DNA from: Acidobacteriota bacterium
Lineage (GTDB): Bacteria; Acidobacteriota; UBA890; WLXD01
Direction: 5' to 3'
DNA: 64,000 nucleotides
Assembly: GCA_965248695.1 (NCBI GenBank)
Contig: CBDFKD010000002.1
Span: 3,744,001 to 3,808,000 of the forward strand
The notes under the pieces were generated by a model that was not told where the DNA came from, made no database searches, and saw only the letters and a program-made list of their open reading frames with translations. A program made the position numbers and the translations under genes. This document shows positions 49,889 to 60,507 of the stretch, one piece after another. Positions within the stretch are counted from its first letter, which is position 1. Each line of letters opens with the position of its first letter.

Positions 49889-51319
49889 TCAGGTGACCAG
49901 CAGGATCCAAGGCGTGCCGATCACCAGATACACGATCAGGTTGAGCAGGGTTACCAGTCCGCCATAGCGGTAAATCTGGCGCTGCTCGAGGTAGCCGCTG
50001 CCGACGAAGATGGCGTTGGCGCTCGACCCTTGCGGCGTGATCGCGGCAAAGAAGTTGGTTGCGAAGAGCAACATGTAGGCCATCAACGCCGCCGGCACGC
50101 CCGCCTCCACGCCGACGCTCAGAAAAACCCCATAGAGTGCCAGCATGTGCGCCGTTTGCGATACGAACAAATAGTGGACTAGCACGTAGATGAGCACCAA
50201 CGCCACATATACCAGCGGCCAAGACAACCCCGTGAGTCGCGCCGCCATACCGCCGGCTGCGACCGCCATGAAACCGAGCGCGTTGAGCTGCGTCGACAGC
50301 GTGTACATGATCGCGAACCACGTGTAGATGCCCAGCGCGTCGCCGCGCTCCTTGAGATCGTCGAGCGTGAAGACGTTGGCAAGCATGAGCACGCCGAGTC
50401 CGAGAAACGCCACCGCGGCGGTGTTGACGCCATAGGTGGCCGACAAGGCCCAGGCGGTGATCATGCCGGCGAAGGTCGCAGCGGTGATCCACTCCTGACG
50501 CGACATCGGACCCATCTCGCGCAATCCGGCGGCCGCCGCCGCTGGAGCTTCCGGGGTTCGCTTCACCTCTGGTGGGAAGGCGCGGTAGAGGATGTACGGC
50601 ACGATCAGCAAGGCTGCCAGTGATGGCAGCGAGGCCGCCAGCGCCCACGAGCCGAAGGACACCTCGACGCCGGCCTGCACGGCCATCGCGGCACCGGCAG
50701 GATTGGCCGCCATCGCCGTGAGCCACATCGTCGACGAGATCGTCAGACCTGTCATGCCGGCCAGCATCAGAAAGCTGCCCATGCGGCGCTGGGTGCCGTC
50801 CTGAGGCCGCGACCCGCTCTGTCGCGCCAACGCATAGTGGATCGGGTAGAGCACGCCGGATCGCGCCGTGTTGGAGGGGAACACCGGTGCAATCAACATG
50901 TCGGTAATGATGACGCTGTAGGCGAGCCCGAGCGTCGACCCCCCCAGACGGACGATGATCACGTAAGCGATTCGTGCGCCGAGGCCCGAGTTGACGACCG
51001 CACGGGCGACCAGGAAAGCGATGAGGATGAGCAACAGGAAGCTCTGCGAAAAGCCCGCATAGGCTTCGGCCGGCGTCAGCGTCTTGCTGAGCACCGCAAT
51101 GGCCACCGCAAACAGCGACGCGGTGAGGATCGGCATCGCGTCGATGAGCACCGCGAAGATCGTGGCGATGAAGATGGCGAACAGGTGCCACGCTCGAGGG
51201 TCGATCGCATCGGGCGGCGGAGTCGCCCAGATGGCCATCCCGAGCGCGGCCACCGCCAGCAACCGCCAGCGCCCGCCGACCATGCCTTTCGGAGGCTTCA
51301 CCGGCTCGCTACTGGACAC
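49889..51319 (-). CDS. DASS family anion/dicarboxylate transporter
   Basis: AWHLFAIF, PSNTARSG, LTAMAANP, HYLFVSQTAH. Confidence 0.92.
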   Translation of the reverse strand: MSSSEPVKPPKGMVGGRWRLLAVAALGMAIWATPPPDAIDPRAWHLFAIFIATIFAVLIDAMPILTASLFAVAIAVLSKTLTPAEAYAGFSQSFLLLILIAFLVARAVVNSGLGARIAYVIIVRLGGSTLGLAYSVIITDMLIAPVFPSNTARSGVLYPIHYALARQSGSRPQDGTQRRMGSFLMLAGMTGLTISSTMWLTAMAANPAGAAMAVQAGVEVSFGSWALAASLPSLAALLIVPYILYRAFPPEVKRTPEAPAAAAAGLREMGPMSRQEWITAATFAGMITAWALSATYGVNTAAVAFLGLGVLMLANVFTLDDLKERGDALGIYTWFAIMYTLSTQLNALGFMAVAAGGMAARLTGLSWPLVYVALVLIYVLVHYLFVSQTAHMLALYGVFLSVGVEAGVPAALMAYMLLFATNFFAAITPQGSSANAIFVGSGYLEQRQIYRYGGLVTLLNLIVYLVIGTPWILLVT

Positions 51320-52715
51320 CGGCGAGAGCCACGGTCAACAGGAGGGCCCACTGGGATCCCCGGTAGCTATCGCGCGAATCGAACGTCTCGACGGAAGGGG
51401 AGTGGGCGCCGGTACCGTGGCCGCCACCGTCGATGGTGACCGCAGGTACCCCGAGGCTGATCGGGATGTTGGCGTCGGTGCTGGCGCTGCCGAGCTGCGC
51501 GTCGATGCCGGCGTGCCGCGCCGCCGCCAGCGCTGCCTGGACGATCGGCGCGCTTTCGGGCTGCATGCCCGCGGGTCGGATGCCGATGACGTCGATGTCG
51601 AAGGTCAGCTCGACGGCGCTGTCCCACCGACCGTTCTCCTCGTCGAGGGCATCCTGTAGCGCGGCGCGAAACTGCGAGTCGATCTCCTCCAGCGCGTTGA
51701 CGTCGAGCGATCGCATGTCGACCGCCATCGCGGCAGAGAACGGGATCGAGTTAACCGACGTGCCGCCTTCGAGGATGCCGACGTTGAACGTTACCTTGGG
51801 CTCCGTGGGTACCTGAAAGTCGGCGATCTTGGCGATTGCCCGGCCGAGCGCGTGCATCGGGTTGGGCATACCGAACGCCCCGAAGCTGTGGCCTCCCGGG
51901 CCCCTGTAGGTGACCTGGTAGCGATGGCTGCCGACGGCACCGTGGGTGATCGCGCTGCCAGCGCCGTCCACCGAGACGAACGCGTCGATGCTTTGCCCGA
52001 GATCGGACTCGAAGAGGTGGCGTACCCCCCGCAGATTGCCGGCGCCTTCCTCGCCGACCGTGGCGACGAACATCAGCCGCCCGCCCGGTCTCGCACCGCT
52101 TTCGACCCACGCTCGGGCCACGGCCAGCACTACCGCCAGTCCGCGGCAGTCGTCGACAATGCCGGGCCCTTTCAGGACCCCGCCATCGCGGGTCACGGTG
52201 ACGTCCGTGCCCGGCGGGAACACGGTGTCGAGGTGGGCGGACAACACCACCAATGGTCCGGGCGCTGTTCCGGACCACTCGCCGACGACGTTGCCGACCG
52301 CGTCGGTGCGCACGTTTTCGACGCCGATCTCGAGCAGCCGTCGAGCATAGTCGGCAGCGCGTTGTTGCTCGTTGAAGGGCGGTGCCGGGATCTCACACAC
52401 CGCGACTTGCTCGTCGATCGTGGTTGTCTCCCCCTGTTGCAGCCCGGCGAGCATGGCGCGTATCCGGGGGTCGGCTACCAGATCCTCGATCGAAGAGGGG
52501 TCGGACGCCAGTTGCCGCGTTGCCGAGCGCAGCACCGGGGCGCCCACAAGCGCGTCGCCGGAAGCCGGCCAAACACCCGCCAGTAGCACGGCCACCAGAA
52601 TCACGGGCAGGAAACGAAGCGCCGCCGGCGGCAGGTTGGGAAGCTTCGTCAACAACGCGCATACTACCGTGTGGGTGGGAGCTCGGTCGAGAGAGCGGCC
52701 GAGTCTAGCACGCAC
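51309..52715 (-). CDS. M20/M25/M40 family metallopeptidase (start uncertain)
   Basis: SAHLDTVF, GPGIVDD.RG, VGEEG.G.LRG, GPGGHS, STDAN. Confidence 0.9.
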   Translation of the reverse strand: MRARLGRSLDRAPTHTVVCALLTKLPNLPPAALRFLPVILVAVLLAGVWPASGDALVGAPVLRSATRQLASDPSSIEDLVADPRIRAMLAGLQQGETTTIDEQVAVCEIPAPPFNEQQRAADYARRLLEIGVENVRTDAVGNVVGEWSGTAPGPLVVLSAHLDTVFPPGTDVTVTRDGGVLKGPGIVDDCRGLAVVLAVARAWVESGARPGGRLMFVATVGEEGAGNLRGVRHLFESDLGQSIDAFVSVDGAGSAITHGAVGSHRYQVTYRGPGGHSFGAFGMPNPMHALGRAIAKIADFQVPTEPKVTFNVGILEGGTSVNSIPFSAAMAVDMRSLDVNALEEIDSQFRAALQDALDEENGRWDSAVELTFDIDVIGIRPAGMQPESAPIVQAALAAARHAGIDAQLGSASTDANIPISLGVPAVTIDGGGHGTGAHSPSVETFDSRDSYRGSQWALLLTVALAGVQ

Positions 52716-52738
52716 CTGATGACGATCAGGAGAGACGG

Positions 52739-54379
52739 ATGAGCGCAGGTCGTAGGATGATCACGCCAGGCAGCCGCCTGGCGGGTGTTCCCGTTGCCCT
52801 CATCGTGGTCGCTGTCGGTTGTGCGACTTCGGGATCCGAGGCGGGGCCGCAGGTCAGCGCAGACGGAGAGACCTATGCAGGTCGCTTCGGCGCTAACGAC
52901 GGCGAGGCGATCTTCCAGGGAATCCCGTACGCCGCCGCTCCGGTGGGCGATCTGCGATGGAGACCGCCAGCGCCGATCGTTCCGCGGCCGGGCGTTCAGG
53001 ACGCTACCGACTACGCGCCCGGATGTGTTCAGTCGGGCGGCAACGTCTCCTATTCGCGCGGTATCGCAGAGCTGTTCGGTGCTGACCGCGCGGTCATCCC
53101 GGAGCTCGGACCGATCAGCGAGGACTGTCTGCACCTGAACGTCTGGACCGCCAACTGGGGCAGCGACCAACGACTGCCGGTCATGGTCTGGGTGTACGGC
53201 GGTGGCAACAGCAACGGCACCACCAGGGAGATTCCCTACGACGGTGCGAACCTGGCGCGGCAGGGCGTCGTCGTGGTTACCATCGATTATCGACTCGGCG
53301 CGCTGGGCTGGATGGCGCATCCGGCGCTGTCGGCTGAGTCGCCTGAGGGATCATCCGGCAACTACGGCTTGCTGGACCAGATCGAGGCGTTGCGCTGGGT
53401 GCAGCGCAACATCGCGGAGTTCGGCGGCGACCGCGAACGCATCACCGCCTTCGGCGAGTCGGCCGGCGGGGCGGATATCATCTCGCTCCTGACATCGCCG
53501 CTCGCGACCGGGTTGGTGCAGCGTGCGATCTCCGAGAGCGGCGGATTCTACGGTTACCGAACGCTGGCGAACACCGAGACCGCCGGGGTTCGGTTTGCGC
53601 AGGCGCTCGGTGTTGCCGAGGGTGACCCGCAGGCGCTGCAGAAGCTGCGCTCCAGGAGCGCCGATGAGATCCTGGCCGCCGGCCGCGAGGCGCGCGCCCG
53701 GTTCGGGGGCCCGATCGTCGATGGCTGGGTGCTGCCGGACGTGACCGCGCGGGCTTTCGGCAACGGCGAGCAGCTCGACGTACCGTTGCTGGTGGGCATC
53801 AACGCCGATGAGTACACCGTCTTCCTGGGTGACGGCGACGTCAGCATCGAGCGCTATCAGCAGCGTATGGGGCGGATCTACGGCGATCTGGTGGCCGATG
53901 CGCTCGAGGTGTACCCGGTGGATAGTGCCGAGCAAGTGCGCCCGGCGTTGCTGCGCCAGGGAACGGACGATGACTATCTGTGTCCAACCAAGTTCCAGGC
54001 CCGATCGATGCAGCACGTATCCAGCGCCGCGTACCTCTACCATTTCTCCCGGGTGTTTCCGGGCCCCGGCGGCGAGCAACTGGGGGCCTTCCACGCGGCC
54101 GAGATCGCCTACGTCTTCGACAATCTGGAGTACGAGTCGTGGTTCCCACACAGCGCAGCCGACGCGGAGTTGGCGCGTGTCATGAGCGGCTACTGGGTGC
54201 GGTTTGCGACCAGCGGCGACCCCAACGGCGAAGGCCTGCCGCAGTGGCCGGCCTATGACGCGACGACCGATCAGCATCTGGAGCTCGGCGAGTCGGTTGT
54301 CGTGGGCTCGGCGCTGCGCGCACGCGCGTGCGAGCTGTTCGAGCGCCGCCTGGAGGCCCGCCTGAGCGCCACGCCCTGA
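52739..54379 (+). CDS. Type B carboxylesterase lipoprotein
   Basis: VAVGC lipobox, GIPYA, SEDCL.LN, FGESAGG, GAFHAAEI. Confidence 0.93.
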   Translation: MSAGRRMITPGSRLAGVPVALIVVAVGCATSGSEAGPQVSADGETYAGRFGANDGEAIFQGIPYAAAPVGDLRWRPPAPIVPRPGVQDATDYAPGCVQSGGNVSYSRGIAELFGADRAVIPELGPISEDCLHLNVWTANWGSDQRLPVMVWVYGGGNSNGTTREIPYDGANLARQGVVVVTIDYRLGALGWMAHPALSAESPEGSSGNYGLLDQIEALRWVQRNIAEFGGDRERITAFGESAGGADIISLLTSPLATGLVQRAISESGGFYGYRTLANTETAGVRFAQALGVAEGDPQALQKLRSRSADEILAAGREARARFGGPIVDGWVLPDVTARAFGNGEQLDVPLLVGINADEYTVFLGDGDVSIERYQQRMGRIYGDLVADALEVYPVDSAEQVRPALLRQGTDDDYLCPTKFQARSMQHVSSAAYLYHFSRVFPGPGGEQLGAFHAAEIAYVFDNLEYESWFPHSAADAELARVMSGYWVRFATSGDPNGEGLPQWPAYDATTDQHLELGESVVVGSALRARACELFERRLEARLSATP

Positions 54380-54479
54380 GTGGCTTACGTGGCGCTCCGC
54401 CCGGCCCTTGGCGTTGTGCCTCGTGTGTGGGATAGATAGGGCTCGTTCCGATCGATCCCCGCCTGCCCGGAGTATGTCG

Positions 54480-55175
54480 ATGCTGTGGAAGAGCCATACG
54501 ACTTCACGTTCACTGTCAGGCGCTCTGCTGGCGGTCGCCGTCGTTGCCGGCCTCGGCCTGGCGCAACATAGCGCCCTGGATGATCCGCTGCGAACCGATG
54601 CCGATCGTGAGCGCGACTCAGGCAGCAAGCCGTTGGAGCTCTACGAGTTCTTCGGTATTGAGCCGGACATGACGGTCGTCGATCTGATGCCCGGGAATGG
54701 CTACAACACGCACCTGCTGTCGTTGCTCGCGGAGCACGGACACGTGTTCGCTGGCCCCGACCGTCGTGGCCGTGTAGCGGAGCGCGTTGAGGCGGCTGGA
54801 CTGTCGAACGTCACGGTGTTCGCCGACATTGCCGAGGTGCGACCTGGCAGCGTCGACGTGATGATCACGGTGCGGAACATCCACGACCTCGAGAACCGCG
54901 GTAACACCGGCCCGGTGTATGCGTCGTACCTGGCAGCGCTCAAGCCGGGCGGCGTATTCGGCGTGGTCGACGCGCGCACGCCGAAGGAGGGCTTCGACGA
55001 GAGCACCCACCGTATCAACGAGCAGCTCGTAGTGGACGCGCTGACCGCGGCCGGCTTCGAGCTCGTGGAGCGCTCGGAGATGTACGCCAACGCGGATGAC
55101 GATTTCGATGAGAGCTTCCGCGGTAGCCGCTGGACCATCGATCGTTTCGCGCTCAAGTTCCGCCGGCCTAGCTGA
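54480..55175 (+). CDS. Exported SAM-dependent methyltransferase-like protein
   Basis: FFGI.P.MTVVDL.PG.GY, RNIHD, LKPGG, HRI, AGFEL. Confidence 0.85.
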   Translation: MLWKSHTTSRSLSGALLAVAVVAGLGLAQHSALDDPLRTDADRERDSGSKPLELYEFFGIEPDMTVVDLMPGNGYNTHLLSLLAEHGHVFAGPDRRGRVAERVEAAGLSNVTVFADIAEVRPGSVDVMITVRNIHDLENRGNTGPVYASYLAALKPGGVFGVVDARTPKEGFDESTHRINEQLVVDALTAAGFELVERSEMYANADDDFDESFRGSRWTIDRFALKFRRPS

Positions 55176-55247
55176 CGTTCCGAGGTTTAGCTGGAGTCTC
55201 GCAAGCGTGCGGGATAGACAAGGGGCACGAAACGCGTGCCGGTCGCG

Positions 55248-56519
55248 CTAGGGCCGACCGACCGTCAACGGCGGAAGCTCGACTGCGATGAGCTCGTGCG
55301 TGCTGCGGGCGAATAGCACGCCGTTGGCGAGCGCCGGGTAGGCGCGTACGACCCCGTCGAGGATGCGGCTCGTAGCGAGGGGCCGAAACGCCGACGGCGA
55401 GGCTTCGGCGAGCACCAGCTCGCCGCGTTCTCGGAGAATCAGCAGTCGGTCGCCTACGAGCATCAGCGTGCCGGCGCCGAACCGCTCGACCTCCCACGCC
55501 AGGCGCCCCGTTTGCAGCTCGACCGCGCGTAGCGACTGCCCGTATTCTTGCCGCCCGTGGAAGCCGTAGAGGTAGCCCCGGTGATGGACGCTAGTGGCGT
55601 AGTGGTTCGTCAGGACGTCGTCGGACGACCAGACCGGCTCGAAGCCGTCCGCACCGCGCTGCAGCAGCACGGCGCCGGTACCGTAGCTTGCCGACAGGTA
55701 GACGCGCTCGCCGATCACCAACGGTGTCGCTACGTTGACGGATGAACGTGAGCGCGATCGCCAGGGATAGTCGTCGCGCACGCTTCCGCTCACCGGGTCG
55801 ATCTCGACCAGACCGCTGCGGGTGAAGAAGAGCGCGCTGTGTTGCCCGCCGATCTCGGCGGTCACCGGAGCGGAGTAGCTGGCCTCGTCACTCGTCGCAG
55901 TCCACAGCACCTCGCCGCTGGCTGCGTCGAATGCGGCGATCCCGGCCTCGGTGCCGCCAACGTTCACCATGACACGATTGCCGTCGACCAGCGGCGCCGA
56001 GGCAGCACCGAAGAACCCCTTGCGAACGCCAAAGCGCGCGTGTGTGTCGACCGACCATAGTCTGGCGCCGGTGTTCAGATCGCTCGCCTGCAAGACGCCC
56101 TGGGCCCCGAAGGTGAACACTCGTCCCTGAGCCACTGTCGGGGTGGCCCGGGGCCCTTCGTCGAAGCCGAAGTCATCCCTGTATTCGGTCGGGGAAGAGG
56201 CCGACCAGGCCACTGCTCCGGTCGTCGGGTCGAGCGACTCCAGCACCTCCGTCCCGGCGACGCGGTGGAACAGAAGCACGCGGCCGCCCGCCACGGCCGG
56301 GCCGGCGAAGCCCTCTCCGACATCCCGTTTCCAGCGCACCGACAGACCGGTATCGGGCCAGGCAGCGATGTGAGTGGATGGGGCGGTACCATCCCGTCGC
56401 GGCCCGAGAATCTGTGGCCAGTCGTCGGTGCTTTGCGACCGGACCGGGCGCGGCGTCGTGGCGGCCAGGGCTGATGCGAGGACGAGCACCGCGATCAGCT
56501 TGGTGCGGATTCTGGACAC
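55248..56519 (-). CDS. PQQ-binding-like beta-propeller protein
   Basis: DWPQILGPRRDG, GPRATP, ASYSAP, AYPALANG. Confidence 0.9.
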   Translation of the reverse strand: MSRIRTKLIAVLVLASALAATTPRPVRSQSTDDWPQILGPRRDGTAPSTHIAAWPDTGLSVRWKRDVGEGFAGPAVAGGRVLLFHRVAGTEVLESLDPTTGAVAWSASSPTEYRDDFGFDEGPRATPTVAQGRVFTFGAQGVLQASDLNTGARLWSVDTHARFGVRKGFFGAASAPLVDGNRVMVNVGGTEAGIAAFDAASGEVLWTATSDEASYSAPVTAEIGGQHSALFFTRSGLVEIDPVSGSVRDDYPWRSRSRSSVNVATPLVIGERVYLSASYGTGAVLLQRGADGFEPVWSSDDVLTNHYATSVHHRGYLYGFHGRQEYGQSLRAVELQTGRLAWEVERFGAGTLMLVGDRLLILRERGELVLAEASPSAFRPLATSRILDGVVRAYPALANGVLFARSTHELIAVELPPLTVGRP

Positions 56520-56651
56520 GGTCCTCGCAAGAATGAGCGGTAAAGGTCTCGAGGCCGGGGAAGCTTAGCAGAGGCCGCGTTGCCGTCTTGCGCGAGCGTC
56601 GATAGTCTTACCGACGGTCCAAGCTTGGGCCGCTGCCGCTGCGAGGAGTTC

Positions 56652-58184
56652 ATGCGTCCCACTCTCAACATTCTGAGCGACGATCTCATTGCGCAGATCC
56701 TCGATGAGGCCAAGCGATTCCTGGCCGAAACCGGAATGGAGATTCGCGGCGCGGAGATGCGACAAAGGCTGCTCGACCACGGGCTACCCCTCGACGCCAC
56801 CGGCGCCCGCGTGCTGTTCCCGGCGGACGTGGTCGAGGCGGCGATTGCCAGCACACCCAAGTCCTTCACGCTGTTCGATCGTGACGGCTCGCCGTACACC
56901 GAGATCGGCGGCAACAACGTTCACTACGTGCCGGGCTCGAGTGGGCTCAAGATGCTGGACCATCGCACCGGCGAGACTCGGCTGGCGGACTCCACCGATT
57001 TCACCGAGTACATCCGTCTTTGCGATGGGCTATCGAACATCGCCTATCCTGCGACCGCGTTCTCGACCAACGCCGATATCGAGGCGCAGGTGTCCGATGC
57101 GTGGCGGCTCTACATATGCCTGACGAACACCCGCAAGCCGGTGGTCTCGGGCGCGTTCACCGAACACGGTGTGTCGCGCATGGCGGACATGATGCAGCTG
57201 TTCCGCGACGATGCCGCCGACCTGATCGGTCGCCCGATGTCGATTTTCACGATCACCGCCACCGGTAACTTCCGCTACGGCGAGGACTCGTGCCAGAACA
57301 TCCTCGACTGCACGGCGCGGGGAATCCCGGTGGAGATCGTTCCGGTCACGTTGATGGGCTTGATTGCGCCGGTGACGCTGGTGGGAGCCACCGTCTTCCA
57401 CACCATCGATGTGCTCGCCGGGCTGACGATGGCCCAGATCGCGCGAGAAGGAACTCCGGTGATCTTCGGGGGTGCCCCGGCGACCTTTCACATGAAAGCC
57501 GCCAGCGCGCCGATGGCGGCGATCGAGGCCCTGCACCTGGACACCGCGTATGTGGCCGTGGCCAAGTCGCTCGACCTGCCGACGCAAGCGTATATGGCGC
57601 TGAGCGACGGCAAGTTGCTGGATGCGCAGGCAGGAGCTGAGACGTTCGGCTCGGCGTTGCTGGCAGCCCTTGCCGGCGTCAACTCGGTCTCGGGTCCGGG
57701 GATGCTCGACTTCCTGCTGGTCTTCAGTCTAGCGAAGCTCGTTTTCGACGATGAGATGTGCGGGCAGGCGCTCCACTTCGTGCGTGAGGCACGGCCCTTG
57801 GACGACCTGGCGGTAGGACCGCTCGCCGACGAGCTGATGTCGGAAAATCACCTGATCACCTCCGAGCACACGCTCGAGCACTGGCCGCAGGAGCTGTATC
57901 TCACCGGCCCGGTCGTCGATCGGGAGAATCGCGAGACCTGGATCCGGCGCGGCGGCACGGAGCTTCCGGAGCGCGCCAACATGGAGGTCGAGGAGCGTCT
58001 CGCCAAGTACGAGCCTTTGGACACCGACGCGGCCGTGGACGCGGAGCTGCGACGCTTGATCAGCTCGGGATTCGAGTCCCAGGAGGCTCTTCCGGTGGTT
58101 CCTGCCCCGGCGCCGCCGCGTGCCGCCGCCGCCGGTGTCGATGGGCCGAAGAAGCGCCGGCGCCGAAGGGCACCGCGCGACTGA
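56652..58184 (+). CDS. MttB-superfamily (non-pyrrolysine) corrinoid methyltransferase
   Basis: GAGGAG RBS; [32 protein letters not shown]; no in-frame TAG. Confidence 0.9.
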   Translation: MRPTLNILSDDLIAQILDEAKRFLAETGMEIRGAEMRQRLLDHGLPLDATGARVLFPADVVEAAIASTPKSFTLFDRDGSPYTEIGGNNVHYVPGSSGLKMLDHRTGETRLADSTDFTEYIRLCDGLSNIAYPATAFSTNADIEAQVSDAWRLYICLTNTRKPVVSGAFTEHGVSRMADMMQLFRDDAADLIGRPMSIFTITATGNFRYGEDSCQNILDCTARGIPVEIVPVTLMGLIAPVTLVGATVFHTIDVLAGLTMAQIAREGTPVIFGGAPATFHMKAASAPMAAIEALHLDTAYVAVAKSLDLPTQAYMALSDGKLLDAQAGAETFGSALLAALAGVNSVSGPGMLDFLLVFSLAKLVFDDEMCGQALHFVREARPLDDLAVGPLADELMSENHLITSEHTLEHWPQELYLTGPVVDRENRETWIRRGGTELPERANMEVEERLAKYEPLDTDAAVDAELRRLISSGFESQEALPVVPAPAPPRAAAAGVDGPKKRRRRRAPRD

Positions 58185-58188
58185 TCGA

Positions 58189-58479
58189 CTAGTGGCCTGT
58201 AACAGGGGAATCGATAGCGCCGCAGATGGGATTTGCGGGCGAGATCAAGGCGCGGCGAGGATGGCGATGCCGCGGCGCATCATCGACGAGTCGCAACGCC
58301 GAGTTCGCCCGCCACTGCCTATCTGTCCGCAGGCCAACCAGAACAACAGTGGCGAAATGGGGCCGCCTGCTCTGTTGCTCCTCCTCGGAGATGCACCCAC
58401 ATCGACTCGTCGGAGCGCCTTGCATCCGACCCCATTTCGCCACCACGGCACTATCGATTCCCCTGTTACAGGCCACTAA
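58189..58479. mobile_element. MITE/REP-like element family A, copy 2 (291 bp)
   Basis: About 9 differences from copy 1; right end holds the TAG stop of the ASKHA gene. Confidence 0.85.
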
Positions 58480-60500
58480 TCGCCCGGCGCGCCGCGCCGC
58501 CGCCGGCGTCCCCGCCGCGGGCGTCGATCATCGTCGGAAGCCGGTGCGCGGGCAGGCAGCTCCACGCTCTTGGCGAGCTCGTGGAACGGTTCCTCCTTGT
58601 TCGGAATCGCCATCGCATTGACGAAATGGTGCTGGAATCGTTCGGCGACCGCCGTCTCCACCTTCTCGATCCGGCCCACCCAGGTTTCGATCTCGCTGCG
58701 GGCGCTGGCGTCGAGCAGGGCGATGCGGGCGCCGGCGCCCGCGGCGTTGCCGGCCGATGACACCTGGCCCAGCTCGCAGTCGGGGATCATCCCCAGAACC
58801 ATGGCGTACTTCACGTCGATGTGGCTGCCGAAGGCGCCGGCCAGGCGGATGCGGTCGACCTTCTCCACTCCGAGCCGCTCCATCAACAGCCGCGCCCCGG
58901 CGTACAGCGCACCCTTGGCCAGTTGAATCGCCCGCACGTCGTTCTGCACGATTCGCAGCCGTGGCTCGCCGTCGTGCAGCAGGTACGCGTGCGTGCGACC
59001 GTCGGCGGTGACCCGCGGGCTGCGCTCGGCGACCCGTCCGTCGATGGCGCCGTCGGGGTCAATGATGCCAGTCAGGTACATCTCGGCGACCACCTCGATG
59101 ATGCCTGAGCCGCAGACCCCCGTGATGCCGGTGGCCTCGGTCAGGGCGCCGAACTCGGGCTCGTCTGACCAAAGGTCGCAGCCGATTACCTTGAAGCGTG
59201 GCTCCAGGGTTTCGCGGTCGATGCGCACCCTTTCGATTGCTCCTGGAGCGGCACGCTGGCCGCAACTGATCTGAGCCCCTTCGAAGGCGGGTCCGGTGGG
59301 GCTGGAGGCGGCAACCAGGCGGTCACGGTTTCCGAGCACGAGCTCGGCGTTGGTGCCAACGTCGACGAGCAGCGTGACCGCGTCGTCGCGGTAGGGGGCC
59401 TCAGACAGGACCATGGCGGCAGTGTCCGCGCCGACATGGCCGGCGATGCACGGCAGCAGGTACGCTCGTGCCCCCGGATGGCACCCGAAGTCGAGTTGCC
59501 TCGCCGGCAACGTCGTGGCGGCCGCCGTCGCGAGCGCAAAGGGGGCCGTACCGAGCGGCGTCGGATCGATACCCAGCAGCAGATGATGCATCACCGGATT
59601 GCCGACCAACGTGATCTCGAGAATATCGGCCGGCGACACGCCGGCCGCATCGGCTACCTCCACGGTCAGCGCGGCGACCGCCTCGCGCACGACGCGGGTG
59701 AGTTGCTCATCGCCGCCGGGGTTCATCATCACGTACGAGACCCGGCTCATCAGGTCTTCACCGAAGCGGATTTGCGGGTTCATGAGTCCGGCGCTGGCCA
59801 CCATGTCGCCGGTGGAGAGATCACACAGGTGGGCCGCGATGGTGGTCGAGCCCACATCCACGGCCAGGCCATAGACGGTTTCGATGAAGCCAGGCCAGAT
59901 GGCGACGAGATCCTTTCCTTCCCGGACGGCGACGGTGACCGACCATTTGCCGTTACGGAGCGCCGCTTGCATCTGGCGCAACGCGGTGGGATCGCAGCTC
60001 AGGTCAACCAGGCCCCATTCTCGCTCGAGCGCCGTGCAGAGCCGCTCGAGGTCGGCAGTCGGGTCGTCCATGTCGGGCTCCGCGACCTCGACGAAGTGCA
60101 ATCGAACCACCGGGTCGAGCTCGATATCGCGTGCTTCGAGCTCCTTGCGAACGACCTGACGGTGCACCTGGCTGCTCGCCGGTACGTCGATAACGACGTC
60201 ACCGCGCAGACGGGTGTGGCAACTCAGCCGGCGACCCTGCGCGAGGCCGCTCTTGCTGGCGTAGCGTTGCTCGGGCTCCGATAGCGGTGTGAGATGGTCG
60301 GCGGTCGAGGTGATCGCGTGCTTGGCGAACTCGCCTTCGCTCAGGGTCACCTGGCAGCGGCCACAGATGCCGCGCCCTCCGCAGACCGAATCCACGTCGA
60401 CGCCGAGCTGTCGGGCGGCGTCGAGAACGGGAGTGTCGAGGGGGAATCGGCCGCGCATCCCCGATGGGGTAAAGACGATCAGAGCGTCGCGCTCGGTCAC
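58476..60500 (-). CDS. ASKHA-domain corrinoid reductive activator (RACo-like) with 2Fe-2S domain
   Basis: CGGRGICGRC..RLSC, DVGSTT, FGEDLMSR, DVGTNAE, GPAFEG, CGSG, LAGAFG. Confidence 0.93.
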   Translation of the reverse strand: MTERDALIVFTPSGMRGRFPLDTPVLDAARQLGVDVDSVCGGRGICGRCQVTLSEGEFAKHAITSTADHLTPLSEPEQRYASKSGLAQGRRLSCHTRLRGDVVIDVPASSQVHRQVVRKELEARDIELDPVVRLHFVEVAEPDMDDPTADLERLCTALEREWGLVDLSCDPTALRQMQAALRNGKWSVTVAVREGKDLVAIWPGFIETVYGLAVDVGSTTIAAHLCDLSTGDMVASAGLMNPQIRFGEDLMSRVSYVMMNPGGDEQLTRVVREAVAALTVEVADAAGVSPADILEITLVGNPVMHHLLLGIDPTPLGTAPFALATAAATTLPARQLDFGCHPGARAYLLPCIAGHVGADTAAMVLSEAPYRDDAVTLLVDVGTNAELVLGNRDRLVAASSPTGPAFEGAQISCGQRAAPGAIERVRIDRETLEPRFKVIGCDLWSDEPEFGALTEATGITGVCGSGIIEVVAEMYLTGIIDPDGAIDGRVAERSPRVTADGRTHAYLLHDGEPRLRIVQNDVRAIQLAKGALYAGARLLMERLGVEKVDRIRLAGAFGSHIDVKYAMVLGMIPDCELGQVSSAGNAAGAGARIALLDASARSEIETWVGRIEKVETAVAERFQHHFVNAMAIPNKEEPFHELAKSVELPARAPASDDDRRPRRGRRRRRGAPGD

Positions 60501-60507
60501 CGGCCGG

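Noticed and set aside
56652-58184. Pyrrolysine recoding in the MttB gene
   Set aside because: No in-frame TAG and no pyl genes in the window.
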